Assembly (NCBI RefSeq): GCF_902806265.1 | Contig: NZ_CADCVZ010000008.1 | Coordinates: 3,209 to 67,208, forward strand | Length of the DNA: 64,000 nucleotides | Reading direction: 5' to 3' | DNA from: an uncultured Sphingomonas sp. | GTDB lineage: Bacteria > Pseudomonadota > Alphaproteobacteria > Sphingomonadales > Sphingomonadaceae | Shown: in pieces, positions 1-9,141 of the stretch | Numbering within the stretch: position 1 is the stretch's first letter | How the letters are laid out: the number at the start of each line of letters is the position of its first letter | Program-made: the position numbers and the translations under genes | Notes under the pieces: generated by a model | Told to the model about the DNA's origin: nothing | Seen by the model: the letters and a program-made list of their open reading frames with translations, nothing else | Database searches by the model: none

Positions 1-525
<525 letters not shown>

Positions 526-574
526 GCACCCGATGTGGGGGCATCGACCGGGAAAGTGCAAGCGAACAACGTTC

Positions 575-590
575 TTAGGACTTTGTTAAC
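575..590. promoter_or_regulatory. CtrA-like binding site TTAG-N7-TTAAC
   Basis: ttag gactttg ttaac, one mismatch to TTAA-N7-TTAAC, in the divergent intergenic region upstream of the M23 peptidase. Confidence 0.5.
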
Positions 591-631
591 CAATCTTACC
601 GACAAGGCCCGCCGGGGAGCGGAGGGTCTGC

Positions 632-2056
632 TTGTTCTATTCGCCGATCGTTCCGCAGGGGGGTCGGCCGCTCACCGCCATGCCGAGGAGTTTCGGTATA
701 GCGGTGCAGCGGCCGCAGCCCGGCTGGCTGATCGTCGATCTCGGTGCCGACCTGTTTTCGCCGCGCTGGTGGTGCGGACTGCTGACGTTGTTCGCGCTCA
801 CGGCGAGCGCGGCGCTGCTCGCGCCCGGGCTGGAGCCGCTGCCCGGCGGACGGCCGGCTCCATTGGAGCCGGTCCAATTGGAACAATGGCAGGCGCTCGC
901 GATCGCTCCGCTGAGCGAAGGCTCGGATACGGGCTTGGAGATGCTGGAGACCAAGGCGGTGCGGCCGCTGCTGAGCGTGCCGCGGCGGACCTCGCTGTCC
1001 CTGTTCGCGACACTTGGCGCAAGTGAAGGGATCGCCCGGCTGCTGCTGCGGAGCGGTGCCGCCGCTGGGGATGCGGCAGAAACGGCCAGGCTGATCGCGG
1101 GTGCGGGCCGGGCGATCGCGCCCGGCACGAGCGTGGCAATCATCTTGGGGGAGGCGGGGGCAAGCGGGCGGCGGGTGCAGCAGGTTAGCCTGCGCGCTGG
1201 GCTCGACCTCAAGCTGACCGTGCAGCGCGGCGGGGGCGGCCTAGCGCTGGTGCGGACCGCCATCCCGATCGACACGGCGCCGCTGCGGATCCGCGGGCGG
1301 GTCGGCGGCGGGCTTTATTGGTCGCTGCGCTCGGCCGGCGCCTCGCCGGAAGTGGCGGCGGCCTACCTGCAGGCGCTGGCGACCGCGGTCGAGGTGGGGA
1401 GCGAGGTGGCCGCGGACGACCGGTTCGACCTGGTGCTCGCCAACCGCCGCGCCGCGTCGGGCGAGAGCATCGCGGGGCCGCTGCTCTACGCGGGGCTGGA
1501 GCGCAACAGCGGTGCCGCCGTGCAGCTGCTGCGCTGGCCGGTCGGGGGGCGGCTGGGATGGGTCGACGCGGCCAACGCCGGGCGGCCGGCCCCGTCGAGC
1601 GCGGGGCTGCAATGGCCGGTGCAGGGGCGAATCACCTCCGGTTTCGGACGGCGGGTCCACCCCATCCTGCGCTTTGCCCGGATGCACCGCGGCATTGACT
1701 TCGGCGCCGGCTGGGGCGCACCGATCGTGGCGGCGGCCGACGGGCAGGTGGTCCGCGCCGGCTGGGCGGGCGGCTATGGCCGGCAGGTGCGGATCGCCCA
1801 TGGCGATGGCCTGCTAACCAGCTATAGTCACATGAGCCGAATCATCGTGGACGCCGGAGGCGCGGTGCGCGCGGGGCAGTTGATCGGCTATGTCGGGTCA
1901 AGCGGACTGTCGACCGGACCGCACCTTCATTACGAGACCATCCGTAACGGCGTCGCCGTGGACCCGCTCTCCGTGCGCTTCGCGAGCGTCAGGCCGGTCG
2001 ACGCGGGCGAGATGCAGGCGATCCGGACGCGGCTGAAAGCGCTGCTCGGGGCATGA
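632..2056 (+). CDS. M23 family metallopeptidase (membrane-anchored peptidoglycan endopeptidase)
   Basis: HRGIDF (HxxxD) and PHLHY (HxH) zinc motifs; N-terminal hydrophobic helix; start codon uncertain. Confidence 0.9.
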   Translation: MFYSPIVPQGGRPLTAMPRSFGIAVQRPQPGWLIVDLGADLFSPRWWCGLLTLFALTASAALLAPGLEPLPGGRPAPLEPVQLEQWQALAIAPLSEGSDTGLEMLETKAVRPLLSVPRRTSLSLFATLGASEGIARLLLRSGAAAGDAAETARLIAGAGRAIAPGTSVAIILGEAGASGRRVQQVSLRAGLDLKLTVQRGGGGLALVRTAIPIDTAPLRIRGRVGGGLYWSLRSAGASPEVAAAYLQALATAVEVGSEVAADDRFDLVLANRRAASGESIAGPLLYAGLERNSGAAVQLLRWPVGGRLGWVDAANAGRPAPSSAGLQWPVQGRITSGFGRRVHPILRFARMHRGIDFGAGWGAPIVAAADGQVVRAGWAGGYGRQVRIAHGDGLLTSYSHMSRIIVDAGGAVRAGQLIGYVGSSGLSTGPHLHYETIRNGVAVDPLSVRFASVRPVDAGEMQAIRTRLKALLGA

Positions 2057-2129
2057 GGGAAGCCTCCATTGCGGACCTGAACGCCGCCAAGCGCAACAAA
2101 TTGTTAACCGCCAAGGGGCCAACGTCCAG

Positions 2130-2699
2130 GTGAAGGAGACGACCGTGGGTCTTGTTGCTTATCTCGACGACGGCCGCGCCGCCGCCCGGCCACGCCGCTC
2201 CACTCGCCGGACCCTCCGTCTGGAAGTCGCGGCGACCGCGGGCAGCGGTTCGGCGGCCATGGTCATCCACGACCTGTCGCCGACCGGCCTATTGATCGAA
2301 ACCGACGAAGCCCTGGCTGTCGGCCAGAAGCTCAGCGTCGAGCTGCCCGAGGTTGGCAAGTTCCCGGCCGAGGCGGTGTGGAGCAGCGGGCGGTTTGTCG
2401 GCTGCCGGTTCGACGAAACCCTGCCCCAGGCGGCGATCAGCGCGGCGCTGCTGCGGAGCGACCGGCCCGGGGTGCGGCCCGAGGCAGCGAGCCCGGCCCC
2501 GGTACAGGAACTGCAGGCGCGGGTGCAGCGGCAGCTGGCTTACACCGGCGGCGAGAAGGCCGCGGCCGAGGCCGTGGGTGAGCCGCTCGCCGAGTATGAC
2601 CGCCTTCCCCTGCATGTACGCGGGCGGATCATGGTGGGCCTGGCCGCCGGATCGGGTGCGATCTGGGCGGTGCTGCTGTGGGGCGTAGGGGTGATCTGA
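2130..2699 (+). CDS. PilZ domain protein with C-terminal hydrophobic helix
   Basis: RxxxR (RSTRR) and DLSPTG (D/NxSxxG) c-di-GMP-binding motifs. Confidence 0.85.
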   Translation: MKETTVGLVAYLDDGRAAARPRRSTRRTLRLEVAATAGSGSAAMVIHDLSPTGLLIETDEALAVGQKLSVELPEVGKFPAEAVWSSGRFVGCRFDETLPQAAISAALLRSDRPGVRPEAASPAPVQELQARVQRQLAYTGGEKAAAEAVGEPLAEYDRLPLHVRGRIMVGLAAGSGAIWAVLLWGVGVI

Positions 2700-2715
2700 A
2701 GCTTACCCCCGAGCG

Positions 2716-3111
2716 CTACTCGGACTCGGGAATGGTGATGAACATGGTGGTCAGACGAACGAAGCCGACCATGTTGCGGGCATTGTGCACGGCCTGTTTG
2801 ACCTGAGGGCGCACCCGCCTCAATGCCAAGTTTCGGCAATGGTGCTTCTCAAGCACGCTATCGGACGGGCACCCGCGAACAACCGCGGCGCTGACCCGGC
2901 GCAGAAGTTGCCGCTCACCAGCCTTGGTACGCAAGTCCAGATCCTGATAAGACACCCGGCGGGTAAGAGCGGCAGGGCGCTGACCGTAGATAATGGTCTC
3001 GGACGGTTCTTCCGCCAGACTGGCAGCCTGGTCTGTTGCCGGTGATCCGACCCCAAGCGCCGAAGCGACCAAAATGCCCAATGTTCCGGTTAAGCTCAAC
3101 ATAGCCGCCAC
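2716..3111 (-). CDS. UrcA family secreted protein
   Basis: Signal-like N-terminus; VSYQDLDL...G...L.RRV..A...C and a second Cys are typical of UrcA-family proteins. Confidence 0.7.
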   Translation of the reverse strand: MAAMLSLTGTLGILVASALGVGSPATDQAASLAEEPSETIIYGQRPAALTRRVSYQDLDLRTKAGERQLLRRVSAAVVRGCPSDSVLEKHHCRNLALRRVRPQVKQAVHNARNMVGFVRLTTMFITIPESE

Positions 3112-3196
3112 CCCAAGCTAGCCCCGTCGGCGTGCGCTAGAGGCCACGCTCGACTCGCGAACTTGATAATGCAAGCTTCAACTCACAACAAGCATA

Positions 3197-3213
3197 GTTA
3201 AGGCGGGTTTAAC
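3197..3213. promoter_or_regulatory. Perfect CtrA box GTTAA-N7-TTAAC
   Basis: gttaa ggcgggt ttaac, an exact consensus match in both orientations, about 85 bp upstream of the UrcA gene. Confidence 0.7.
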
Positions 3214-3251
3214 TTGCCTCCGAAGCACCCGTTGTCAGCGCGGCATGTCGG

Positions 3252-4937
3252 CTACCTGCCGTGGCCGCGCCAGCGCTTGATGGTGCGCCCGATGATCTCC
3301 GCCTCGCCGCCGGTCTCCCGCCACAGCGCCGCGAAGCTCGGGTCGCTCGACGCTGGCCGCTTCTCAGGCTCGAGGTCATCGAAACGGACGCGGATGGGGA
3401 TGGCGACGCCTTCGCCGCACACGATGCACTCGCGGTTGCGGAGCGCAGGGATGGCGTCGAGGAAGCCGCGGGCGCCTTCGGGCATGGCGGCACGGACGCA
3501 GGCCTGGTCGCGGTCGTTGTTGAGGCGCATGGAGATGATGGTGCCGCATTGCGACAGCACGCCTTCGGCAAGGTCGGACGGGCGCTGGGTAATGAGGCCC
3601 AGCGACACGCCGTACTTACGGCCTTCCTTGGCGATCCGCTCCAGGATCTTGCGGACGGCCTGCCCCTTGGCATTTTCGTCCTTGGGGACATAGCGGTGCG
3701 CTTCTTCGCAGACCAGCAGCAATGGGCGCTGCGCTTCCGTCCGCGACCAGATCGCATAATCGAACACCATGCGGGCGAGGACCGAAACGACGACGGAAGT
3801 GATGTCCGACGGCACGCCCGACACGTCAACGATCGAGATCGGGCGGCCGTTGGCGGGCAGGCGAAACAGCTTGGCAAGAAAGCTGCCCATCGAGTCGGAC
3901 ACCAGCATCCCTGAGAACATGAAGCTGTAGCGCGGGTCGGCGCGGAGTTCGTCCAGCTTGTTCTTGAGCCGCTGGTAGGGCGTGGTGTCGCCAGCGCGGT
4001 CGAGCTTGCCCATCTCCCCGACGAGGATCTGGTTGAGGTCGGTCAGCAGGTAAGGAATGGGGCTGTCCACCGTGACCTTGCCCGCCCCTTCGGCGGCCTT
4101 GGTCTTCATCCGTGCGGCGAGCAGGCATTTGGCGAGGATGTCGGCGTCGCGCTGCCGCTCGGCGCCATCGGTGGTCAGCAGCACCTCGCAATGCTCCTCG
4201 AAGTTGAGGAGCCAGTAGGGGAGCTGGAGATTGTCGACGTTGAACAGCTCGCCACAGCCCTTGAATGCGGCGCTGTACTCGCCGTGGGGATCGATCATCA
4301 CGATGTGACCCTCCGGGCTGTACTGCGAGATGCGGTGGAGGATCAGAGCGACGCTGGTCGACTTGCCGGTACCGGTCGAGCCCAGCACCGCGAAATGCTT
4401 GGACAGCATCGGGTCAATGTAGAGCGCGCCGCGAATGTCGTCTGTCGGATAAACGGTGCCGATCTCGACAAAGGCGCTATCGCTGGCGGCGAACACCGAG
4501 CGAAGGTCCTCGGTGGTGACGGGGTGCACCGCGCAGCCCGGGATCGGATAGCGGGTGACGCCCCGGCGGAAGTGGGTCATGCGCCCCGAGCTGTCGCGGC
4601 TGCCTTCGCCCAGGAAGTCGATGGCGGCCATCACCGTGCCGTTCTCGCCCTGCTTCATGGTGCGGACGTTGGCGATCAGCCAGCTGCCGAACACCTCCAT
4701 CTTGACCTGGCTGCCGACCTGGCCGGACATGGCGAGCGAGGGATCGTCGTTGCCCTGCAACGCGGTCAGCCGCTCGACGTCCAGGCGGATGCGGGAACCC
4801 GAGCCGGCGATCTCCAGCACCTGGCCGATCGCCGCCTGCGGCTGCTGTGGTGCGGGGACATGGCCGGCGGTGGCGTCCTCGTCGGTGTAGGTCGACAGCT
4901 CGGTGAGGAACTGCTTGAGGTTTGGCTGGTCGGTCAT
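3252..4937 (-). CDS. HerA/FtsK-like ATPase (DUF87/DUF853 type)
   Basis: Walker A GSTGTGKS, MIDPHGEY, Walker B LLVCEEAH, IAKEGRKYG, ITQRPS. Confidence 0.9.
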   Translation of the reverse strand: MTDQPNLKQFLTELSTYTDEDATAGHVPAPQQPQAAIGQVLEIAGSGSRIRLDVERLTALQGNDDPSLAMSGQVGSQVKMEVFGSWLIANVRTMKQGENGTVMAAIDFLGEGSRDSSGRMTHFRRGVTRYPIPGCAVHPVTTEDLRSVFAASDSAFVEIGTVYPTDDIRGALYIDPMLSKHFAVLGSTGTGKSTSVALILHRISQYSPEGHIVMIDPHGEYSAAFKGCGELFNVDNLQLPYWLLNFEEHCEVLLTTDGAERQRDADILAKCLLAARMKTKAAEGAGKVTVDSPIPYLLTDLNQILVGEMGKLDRAGDTTPYQRLKNKLDELRADPRYSFMFSGMLVSDSMGSFLAKLFRLPANGRPISIVDVSGVPSDITSVVVSVLARMVFDYAIWSRTEAQRPLLLVCEEAHRYVPKDENAKGQAVRKILERIAKEGRKYGVSLGLITQRPSDLAEGVLSQCGTIISMRLNNDRDQACVRAAMPEGARGFLDAIPALRNRECIVCGEGVAIPIRVRFDDLEPEKRPASSDPSFAALWRETGGEAEIIGRTIKRWRGHGR

Positions 4938-5009
4938 GAACGGTTTCCGGGCTGCTGAGCTGTCCGGCCGATGGCTAATGCCGTTACGGTTAAGATTGTG
5001 CTTAGAACC

Positions 5010-5768
5010 TCAGGCGCCGCGGCGGCGGAACAGCTCGGCCGCGGCCCAGCCGAGCAGCAGCGGCAGGAGCACCGCGGCAAGGCCATAAAGCAGGCTGTAG
5101 CGATCGGCGGACTCGGCCACGAAGCGCTCGAAGCCCGACTTGTCGACAGTGATCTCCCGAGTGGCGGCGGCGATGACCTTGCCCCGGTCGATTAGAAAGG
5201 TCTCGGCCGTGAAGGTGCCGACGGGCACCTGGCTGGGGATGAAGATGCGGGCACGGTAGAGGACGTCTTCGCTGATCTCCACGCCGTCCGGATCCTCGAC
5301 GTACAGGCCCTCCCGGCGGCGCAGGTCGAGCAGTCCGGTCTCGAACCGCCGTTCCTTGTCGGGCTGAGCCCCGCCACCGGGCGACAGCTGCAGGTTCTGG
5401 AGCCCGAGTTCGTAGATGGCGGCGGTACGCTCGTTGACCAGCTCGTCGATCGGCCGGGAGGAAGCGACCGCGTAGAAGCCCGGGGCGGAGCGGAAGCGGT
5501 GGCTGTCGGCGTTCATCCAGATGCCGGCGATCTTCTGCTTCTCGCGCACGGTGATCGGCTGCACCGGTCCCTTGAGCACGACCGCCACATCGGCCGGACG
5601 GCGTGGAACCCGGCCGCCCGGGTAGAGGATGGCGCCGAACAGCAGCAGCTCGGCGCCGGTGAAGCTGTATTGGATCTCGACCGCGCGCGACGAGATGTCG
5701 GGCACCAGCTTGGGGCTCGCCTGGGCGAGCAGCAAGGGGGCCAGCGCGAGGAGGAGAGCGCGCCACAT
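5010..5768 (-). CDS. TIGR02186-type conserved alphaproteobacterial membrane protein
   Basis: Signal peptide, I...F.G..LLLFGA, REKQKIAGIWMN and a C-terminal TM; sits directly downstream of TauE as is typical. Confidence 0.82.
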   Translation of the reverse strand: MWRALLLALAPLLLAQASPKLVPDISSRAVEIQYSFTGAELLLFGAILYPGGRVPRRPADVAVVLKGPVQPITVREKQKIAGIWMNADSHRFRSAPGFYAVASSRPIDELVNERTAAIYELGLQNLQLSPGGGAQPDKERRFETGLLDLRRREGLYVEDPDGVEISEDVLYRARIFIPSQVPVGTFTAETFLIDRGKVIAAATREITVDKSGFERFVAESADRYSLLYGLAAVLLPLLLGWAAAELFRRRGA

Positions 5769-5774
5769 TGCCGG

Positions 5775-6686
5775 TCAGAGATACTCTATCGAGAAGATCT
5801 CGTCGGGCCGGTAGGTCAACCCGAACGCCATGCGCAGGGCCACCAGGATGATGATCACCGCGAGGCTGAGGCGCAGGAGGTCGGGCTTCAGCCGGGTGGT
5901 GAGCTGCGCGCCGTACTGGGCGCCGATCACCCCGCCGACCAGCAGCAGCGCGGCAAGCACGAGGTCGACCGCTTCGGTAGTCAGCGCATGGATCATGGTG
6001 GTGGCCGCGCTGACCGCCAGGATCATCACCAGGCTGGTCCCGACCACCACCCGGGCGGCCATTCCGAACAGGTAGATCATCGCAGGCACCAGGATGAACC
6101 CGCCGCCGATGCCGAGCAGCACGGTCAGGATGCCGGCGATGAACCCCAGGGCGAGCGGTGCGATCGGCGACAGGTAGAGGCCCGACGCATAGAAGCGTGA
6201 GCGGAGCGGCAGTGAGGCGATCCAGCGGTTGTGACGCGGCCGAGGCGACGCGTTCTCCGCCGGCTGCATCCAGCCGAGCGCCAGCGCCGCGTCGCGCAGC
6301 ATCAGTACCCCGATAGAGCCGAGCAGCAGCACATACATGAGGCCGATCACCGTATCGATCTGGCCCGAAGCCTGGAGCAGGCGGAACAGCCCGGCACCGG
6401 CCAGGCTGCCGAGGAGGCCGCCGGCGACCATCACCGCGCCCATCCTGAGGTCGACGCCGCCGCGCCGCATGTGGGCCAGCACGCCCGATACGCTGGAGCC
6501 GGTGATCTGGGTGGTGGCGGAGGCGACCGCGACGCTGGGCGGAATGCCGTAGAAGATCAGCAGCGGGGTGGTGAGAAAGCCGCCGCCGACCCCGAACATG
6601 CCCGACAGGATGCCGACCAGCAGCCCCAGTGCGACGATCAGCGGTGCGTTGACCGACATGCCGGCAATCGGAAGGTAGATGTCCAT
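5775..6686 (-). CDS. Sulfite exporter TauE/SafE family protein
   Basis: MDIYLPIA; GMFGVGGGFL and GIGGGFILVP repeats; multiple TMs. Confidence 0.9.
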   Translation of the reverse strand: MDIYLPIAGMSVNAPLIVALGLLVGILSGMFGVGGGFLTTPLLIFYGIPPSVAVASATTQITGSSVSGVLAHMRRGGVDLRMGAVMVAGGLLGSLAGAGLFRLLQASGQIDTVIGLMYVLLLGSIGVLMLRDAALALGWMQPAENASPRPRHNRWIASLPLRSRFYASGLYLSPIAPLALGFIAGILTVLLGIGGGFILVPAMIYLFGMAARVVVGTSLVMILAVSAATTMIHALTTEAVDLVLAALLLVGGVIGAQYGAQLTTRLKPDLLRLSLAVIIILVALRMAFGLTYRPDEIFSIEYL

Positions 6687-6741
6687 GCGCTTGCCAGGGG
6701 TCTAGCGGCACGGACCGGCGACCGCAAAGCGGTGGAGCGAA

Positions 6742-7260
6742 CTATTGCGGCGAGGTCGCGCCCCGCAGCTTGGCCAGCGCCGCAAAGGGCCCCGCCTGTT
6801 CCTCGCTCAGCACGCCCGCCTCGCGCAGCGTCGTTTCGGCATTGGCGGAGCGCGGGTAGGGATCGAGCGCCAGCGCCAGCGTGTCGGCCAGCGCGCCGCC
6901 GAGGTCGATCGCCGCGCCGTCGTGGAACACCACGTCGCAGTCGCTTTCACTAAGCTCGACCTCCTCGTCGGCCGCCGTGGCAGGCTCGGGCAGGAACAGC
7001 AGCTCGAAGGCTTCGTCGACCGCGACCGGAACGGGTTCCCCGGTGGCCACGCAGCTCTGCTCGAGCTGCGCCTTGATCCGCCCGGTCGCCCCCACCTTCT
7101 CGCCGTCGCGGGTCAAGGTCACGTGCGCGTCGAAGCGGCCTAGGCTCGGGAACCGGAGTCGTTCGGCGATGGCCTGGCGCTCCGCTTCGTCGGCATGGAG
7201 GTCGCGCCGCTCGCCGTCGCGGACTTGAGCGAGCGGCAAATGGTGGGCAAACTCGCTCAC
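6742..7260 (-). CDS. YceD/DUF177 family protein
   Basis: QSCVATGEPV; IDLG....D.LALALDPYPR; PFAALAKL. Confidence 0.85.
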   Translation of the reverse strand: MSEFAHHLPLAQVRDGERRDLHADEAERQAIAERLRFPSLGRFDAHVTLTRDGEKVGATGRIKAQLEQSCVATGEPVPVAVDEAFELLFLPEPATAADEEVELSESDCDVVFHDGAAIDLGGALADTLALALDPYPRSANAETTLREAGVLSEEQAGPFAALAKLRGATSPQ

Positions 7261-7769
7261 GGCAGGGTTCCGCCGACCAGCGCCTCGTCGGTCCGTGCCT
7301 CCAGCGCCGCCCAGAACAGCCGCAGCTGACGCTCCACATAGTCGCGCGCCTCCTCGGAAACGCGGCCCTCGCGGTAGACGCTACGCCCGATCACCGCCGG
7401 CCAGCTCTCCTCGCCAGCGATGGCGCGGCGCCAGGCGCCGACCCGCCCGCCGAGCGCGCCGACCAGGCTGCCGACCTTCTTGGACATGACGGGATCGCCC
7501 GTGCCCATCTGCCGCAGCTCGGCGTCCATGTCGTCGATGAAGCATTCGGCCAGGCTGATGCTGGCGAAGCGCGCCGCCTCGCCGCCCGCCTCCAGGCGCA
7601 GGTCCACCAGCGCGAGCAGAGTGGCGAGCATCGCGAAACGGCCTTCCACCGTGTCGGGCACCTCGCCCTCGCGGAACCAGTGCGGCTGCCGGGCGCGGGC
7701 CACCACTTGGTCGTAGAGCGGCTTGGCCCCCCGCGGTTCGGCGCGGAACAAGCGCATCAGCGATGCCAT
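7257..7769 (-). CDS. Ubiquinol-cytochrome c chaperone (Cbp3-like)
   Basis: LY...V..AR.P; VPDTVEGRF.ML; F..DMD..LR.MG.GD. Confidence 0.82.
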   Translation of the reverse strand: MASLMRLFRAEPRGAKPLYDQVVARARQPHWFREGEVPDTVEGRFAMLATLLALVDLRLEAGGEAARFASISLAECFIDDMDAELRQMGTGDPVMSKKVGSLVGALGGRVGAWRRAIAGEESWPAVIGRSVYREGRVSEEARDYVERQLRLFWAALEARTDEALVGGTLP

Positions 7770-7877
7770 TCGTCAGTCTCCGTTCAGCGTAGGCGGCGCA
7801 CTTGCATGAGCCGGGGCCATCCGGATATTGAGCCGGCGCTTGTTCGAGGCAAGGGCTGGCCGACAGGAGTGGGTGTG

Positions 7878-8342
7878 ATGACGGTTCGACTGATTGGGGC
7901 AGCGGCCCTGCTGCTCGCGGTGTCGGGCTGCTCCGGCTACCGGGAAAGCAAGGGCTACATCCTCGACAAGGAGCTCACCTCCGCGATCCAGGTCGGGGTC
8001 GACAACAAGGATTCGGTGGCCAAGACGCTTGGGCGGCCGACCTTCACCGGCCAGTTCAACGACAATGAATGGTATTATGTGGCCCGGTCGACCAACGCAT
8101 TGGCGTTCCGGCTGCCGCGGGTGACCGACCAGACGGTGCTGCGGGTGCGGTTCGACCCTGCGGGCAACGTGGCCGGAGTCGACCGCACCGGGCCGGAGCA
8201 GATTGCCTCGATCGATCCCTACGGCAAGCAGACCCCGACGCTCGGCCGGCAGAACAGCTTCTTCGAGGATTTGTTCGGCAACATCGGCGTGGTCAACGGC
8301 GGCGGCCTGCCCGGCCAGACCAGCCAGGGCCGCGGGCAGTAA
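7878..8342 (+). CDS. bamE: Outer membrane protein assembly factor BamE (lipoprotein)
   Basis: Lipobox VSGC; V...LGRPTF; WYYV; true start ATG 7878 lies inside ORF 7680-8342. Confidence 0.9.
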   Translation: MTVRLIGAAALLLAVSGCSGYRESKGYILDKELTSAIQVGVDNKDSVAKTLGRPTFTGQFNDNEWYYVARSTNALAFRLPRVTDQTVLRVRFDPAGNVAGVDRTGPEQIASIDPYGKQTPTLGRQNSFFEDLFGNIGVVNGGGLPGQTSQGRGQ

Positions 8343-8406
8343 GCTCCGCGCCGGGGCGGGGGAGCGAGGCTGTCCGCCATCCCCGTTTTCGCCTAAGCCG
8401 GCGGCC

Positions 8407-9141
8407 ATGACCGCGACCCCCGCCGGCATGAGCTATGCCGATTATCTCCACCTGCCCGAACTGCTCGGTTGCCAGCGGCCGCTGAGCTCGCTGCATGACG
8501 AGATGCTGTTCATCGTCATCCACCAGACCAAGGAATTGTGGCTCAAGCAGATGCTCCACGAGGTGGAGCTGGCGGTGCGGCTGATCGGCGAGGAGCGGTT
8601 CGCACCGGCCTACAAGGCTCTGGCGCGGGTCAGCCGCATTCAGTCGGTCATGACGCTGTCGTGGGACGTGCTGGCGACGCTGACCCCGGTCGACTACAGC
8701 AAGTTCCGCGGCGTGCTCGGCACCTCGTCGGGCTTCCAGTCGGCGCAGTTCCGCGAGCTGGAGTATCGGCTCGGCATTCGCGATCCCAGGTTCCTCGACT
8801 ATCATGAAGGCGGGTCCGAAGGGCAGGGGCGGCTGCGGGCGGCGCTCGAAGGCCCGAGCCTGTGGGACGTCGCGGACGCGGCGCGGCAGCGGGCGGGGGC
8901 AGAGAGCTGGCTCGCGGTGTATCGCGACGCGGACCGCTGGTTCGAGCTGTACCAGCTGGCCGAGAAGCTGGTCGACGTCGACGATGCGCTGGCCGGCTGG
9001 CGCCACAAGCATGTGCTGACGGTGGAGCGGATCATCGGCGGCAAGACCGGGACCGGCGGCTCGGCGGGGGTGAAGTACCTCGAATCGACCCTGTCCAAGC
9101 GCGCTTTTCCCGAGCTCTGGTCGCTACGTACCGAATTATGA
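8407..9141 (+). CDS. kynA: Tryptophan 2,3-dioxygenase
   Basis: Y.DYL.L..LL; HDEMLFIVIHQTKELW; SSGFQS.QFR.LE; GTGGSAGV.YL. Confidence 0.93.
   Translation: MTATPAGMSYADYLHLPELLGCQRPLSSLHDEMLFIVIHQTKELWLKQMLHEVELAVRLIGEERFAPAYKALARVSRIQSVMTLSWDVLATLTPVDYSKFRGVLGTSSGFQSAQFRELEYRLGIRDPRFLDYHEGGSEGQGRLRAALEGPSLWDVADAARQRAGAESWLAVYRDADRWFELYQLAEKLVDVDDALAGWRHKHVLTVERIIGGKTGTGGSAGVKYLESTLSKRAFPELWSLRTEL

Noticed and set aside
3252-4937. HerA as part of a Sir2-HerA or nuclease-HerA defence system
   Set aside because: No adjacent Sir2 or nuclease gene; host-like GC content and a housekeeping neighbourhood
4970-5006. Full CtrA box upstream of the HerA-like gene
   Set aside because: Spacing is N8 (TTAA-N8-TTAG); only a half-site is supportable
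5002-6711. Long alternative-frame or antisense ORFs over core genes (also 8802-10247, 10954-12207, 19233-20438, 47946-49430, 52718-54145)
   Set aside because: Arg/Pro/Ala-rich composition, no motifs, and complete overlap with well-supported genes
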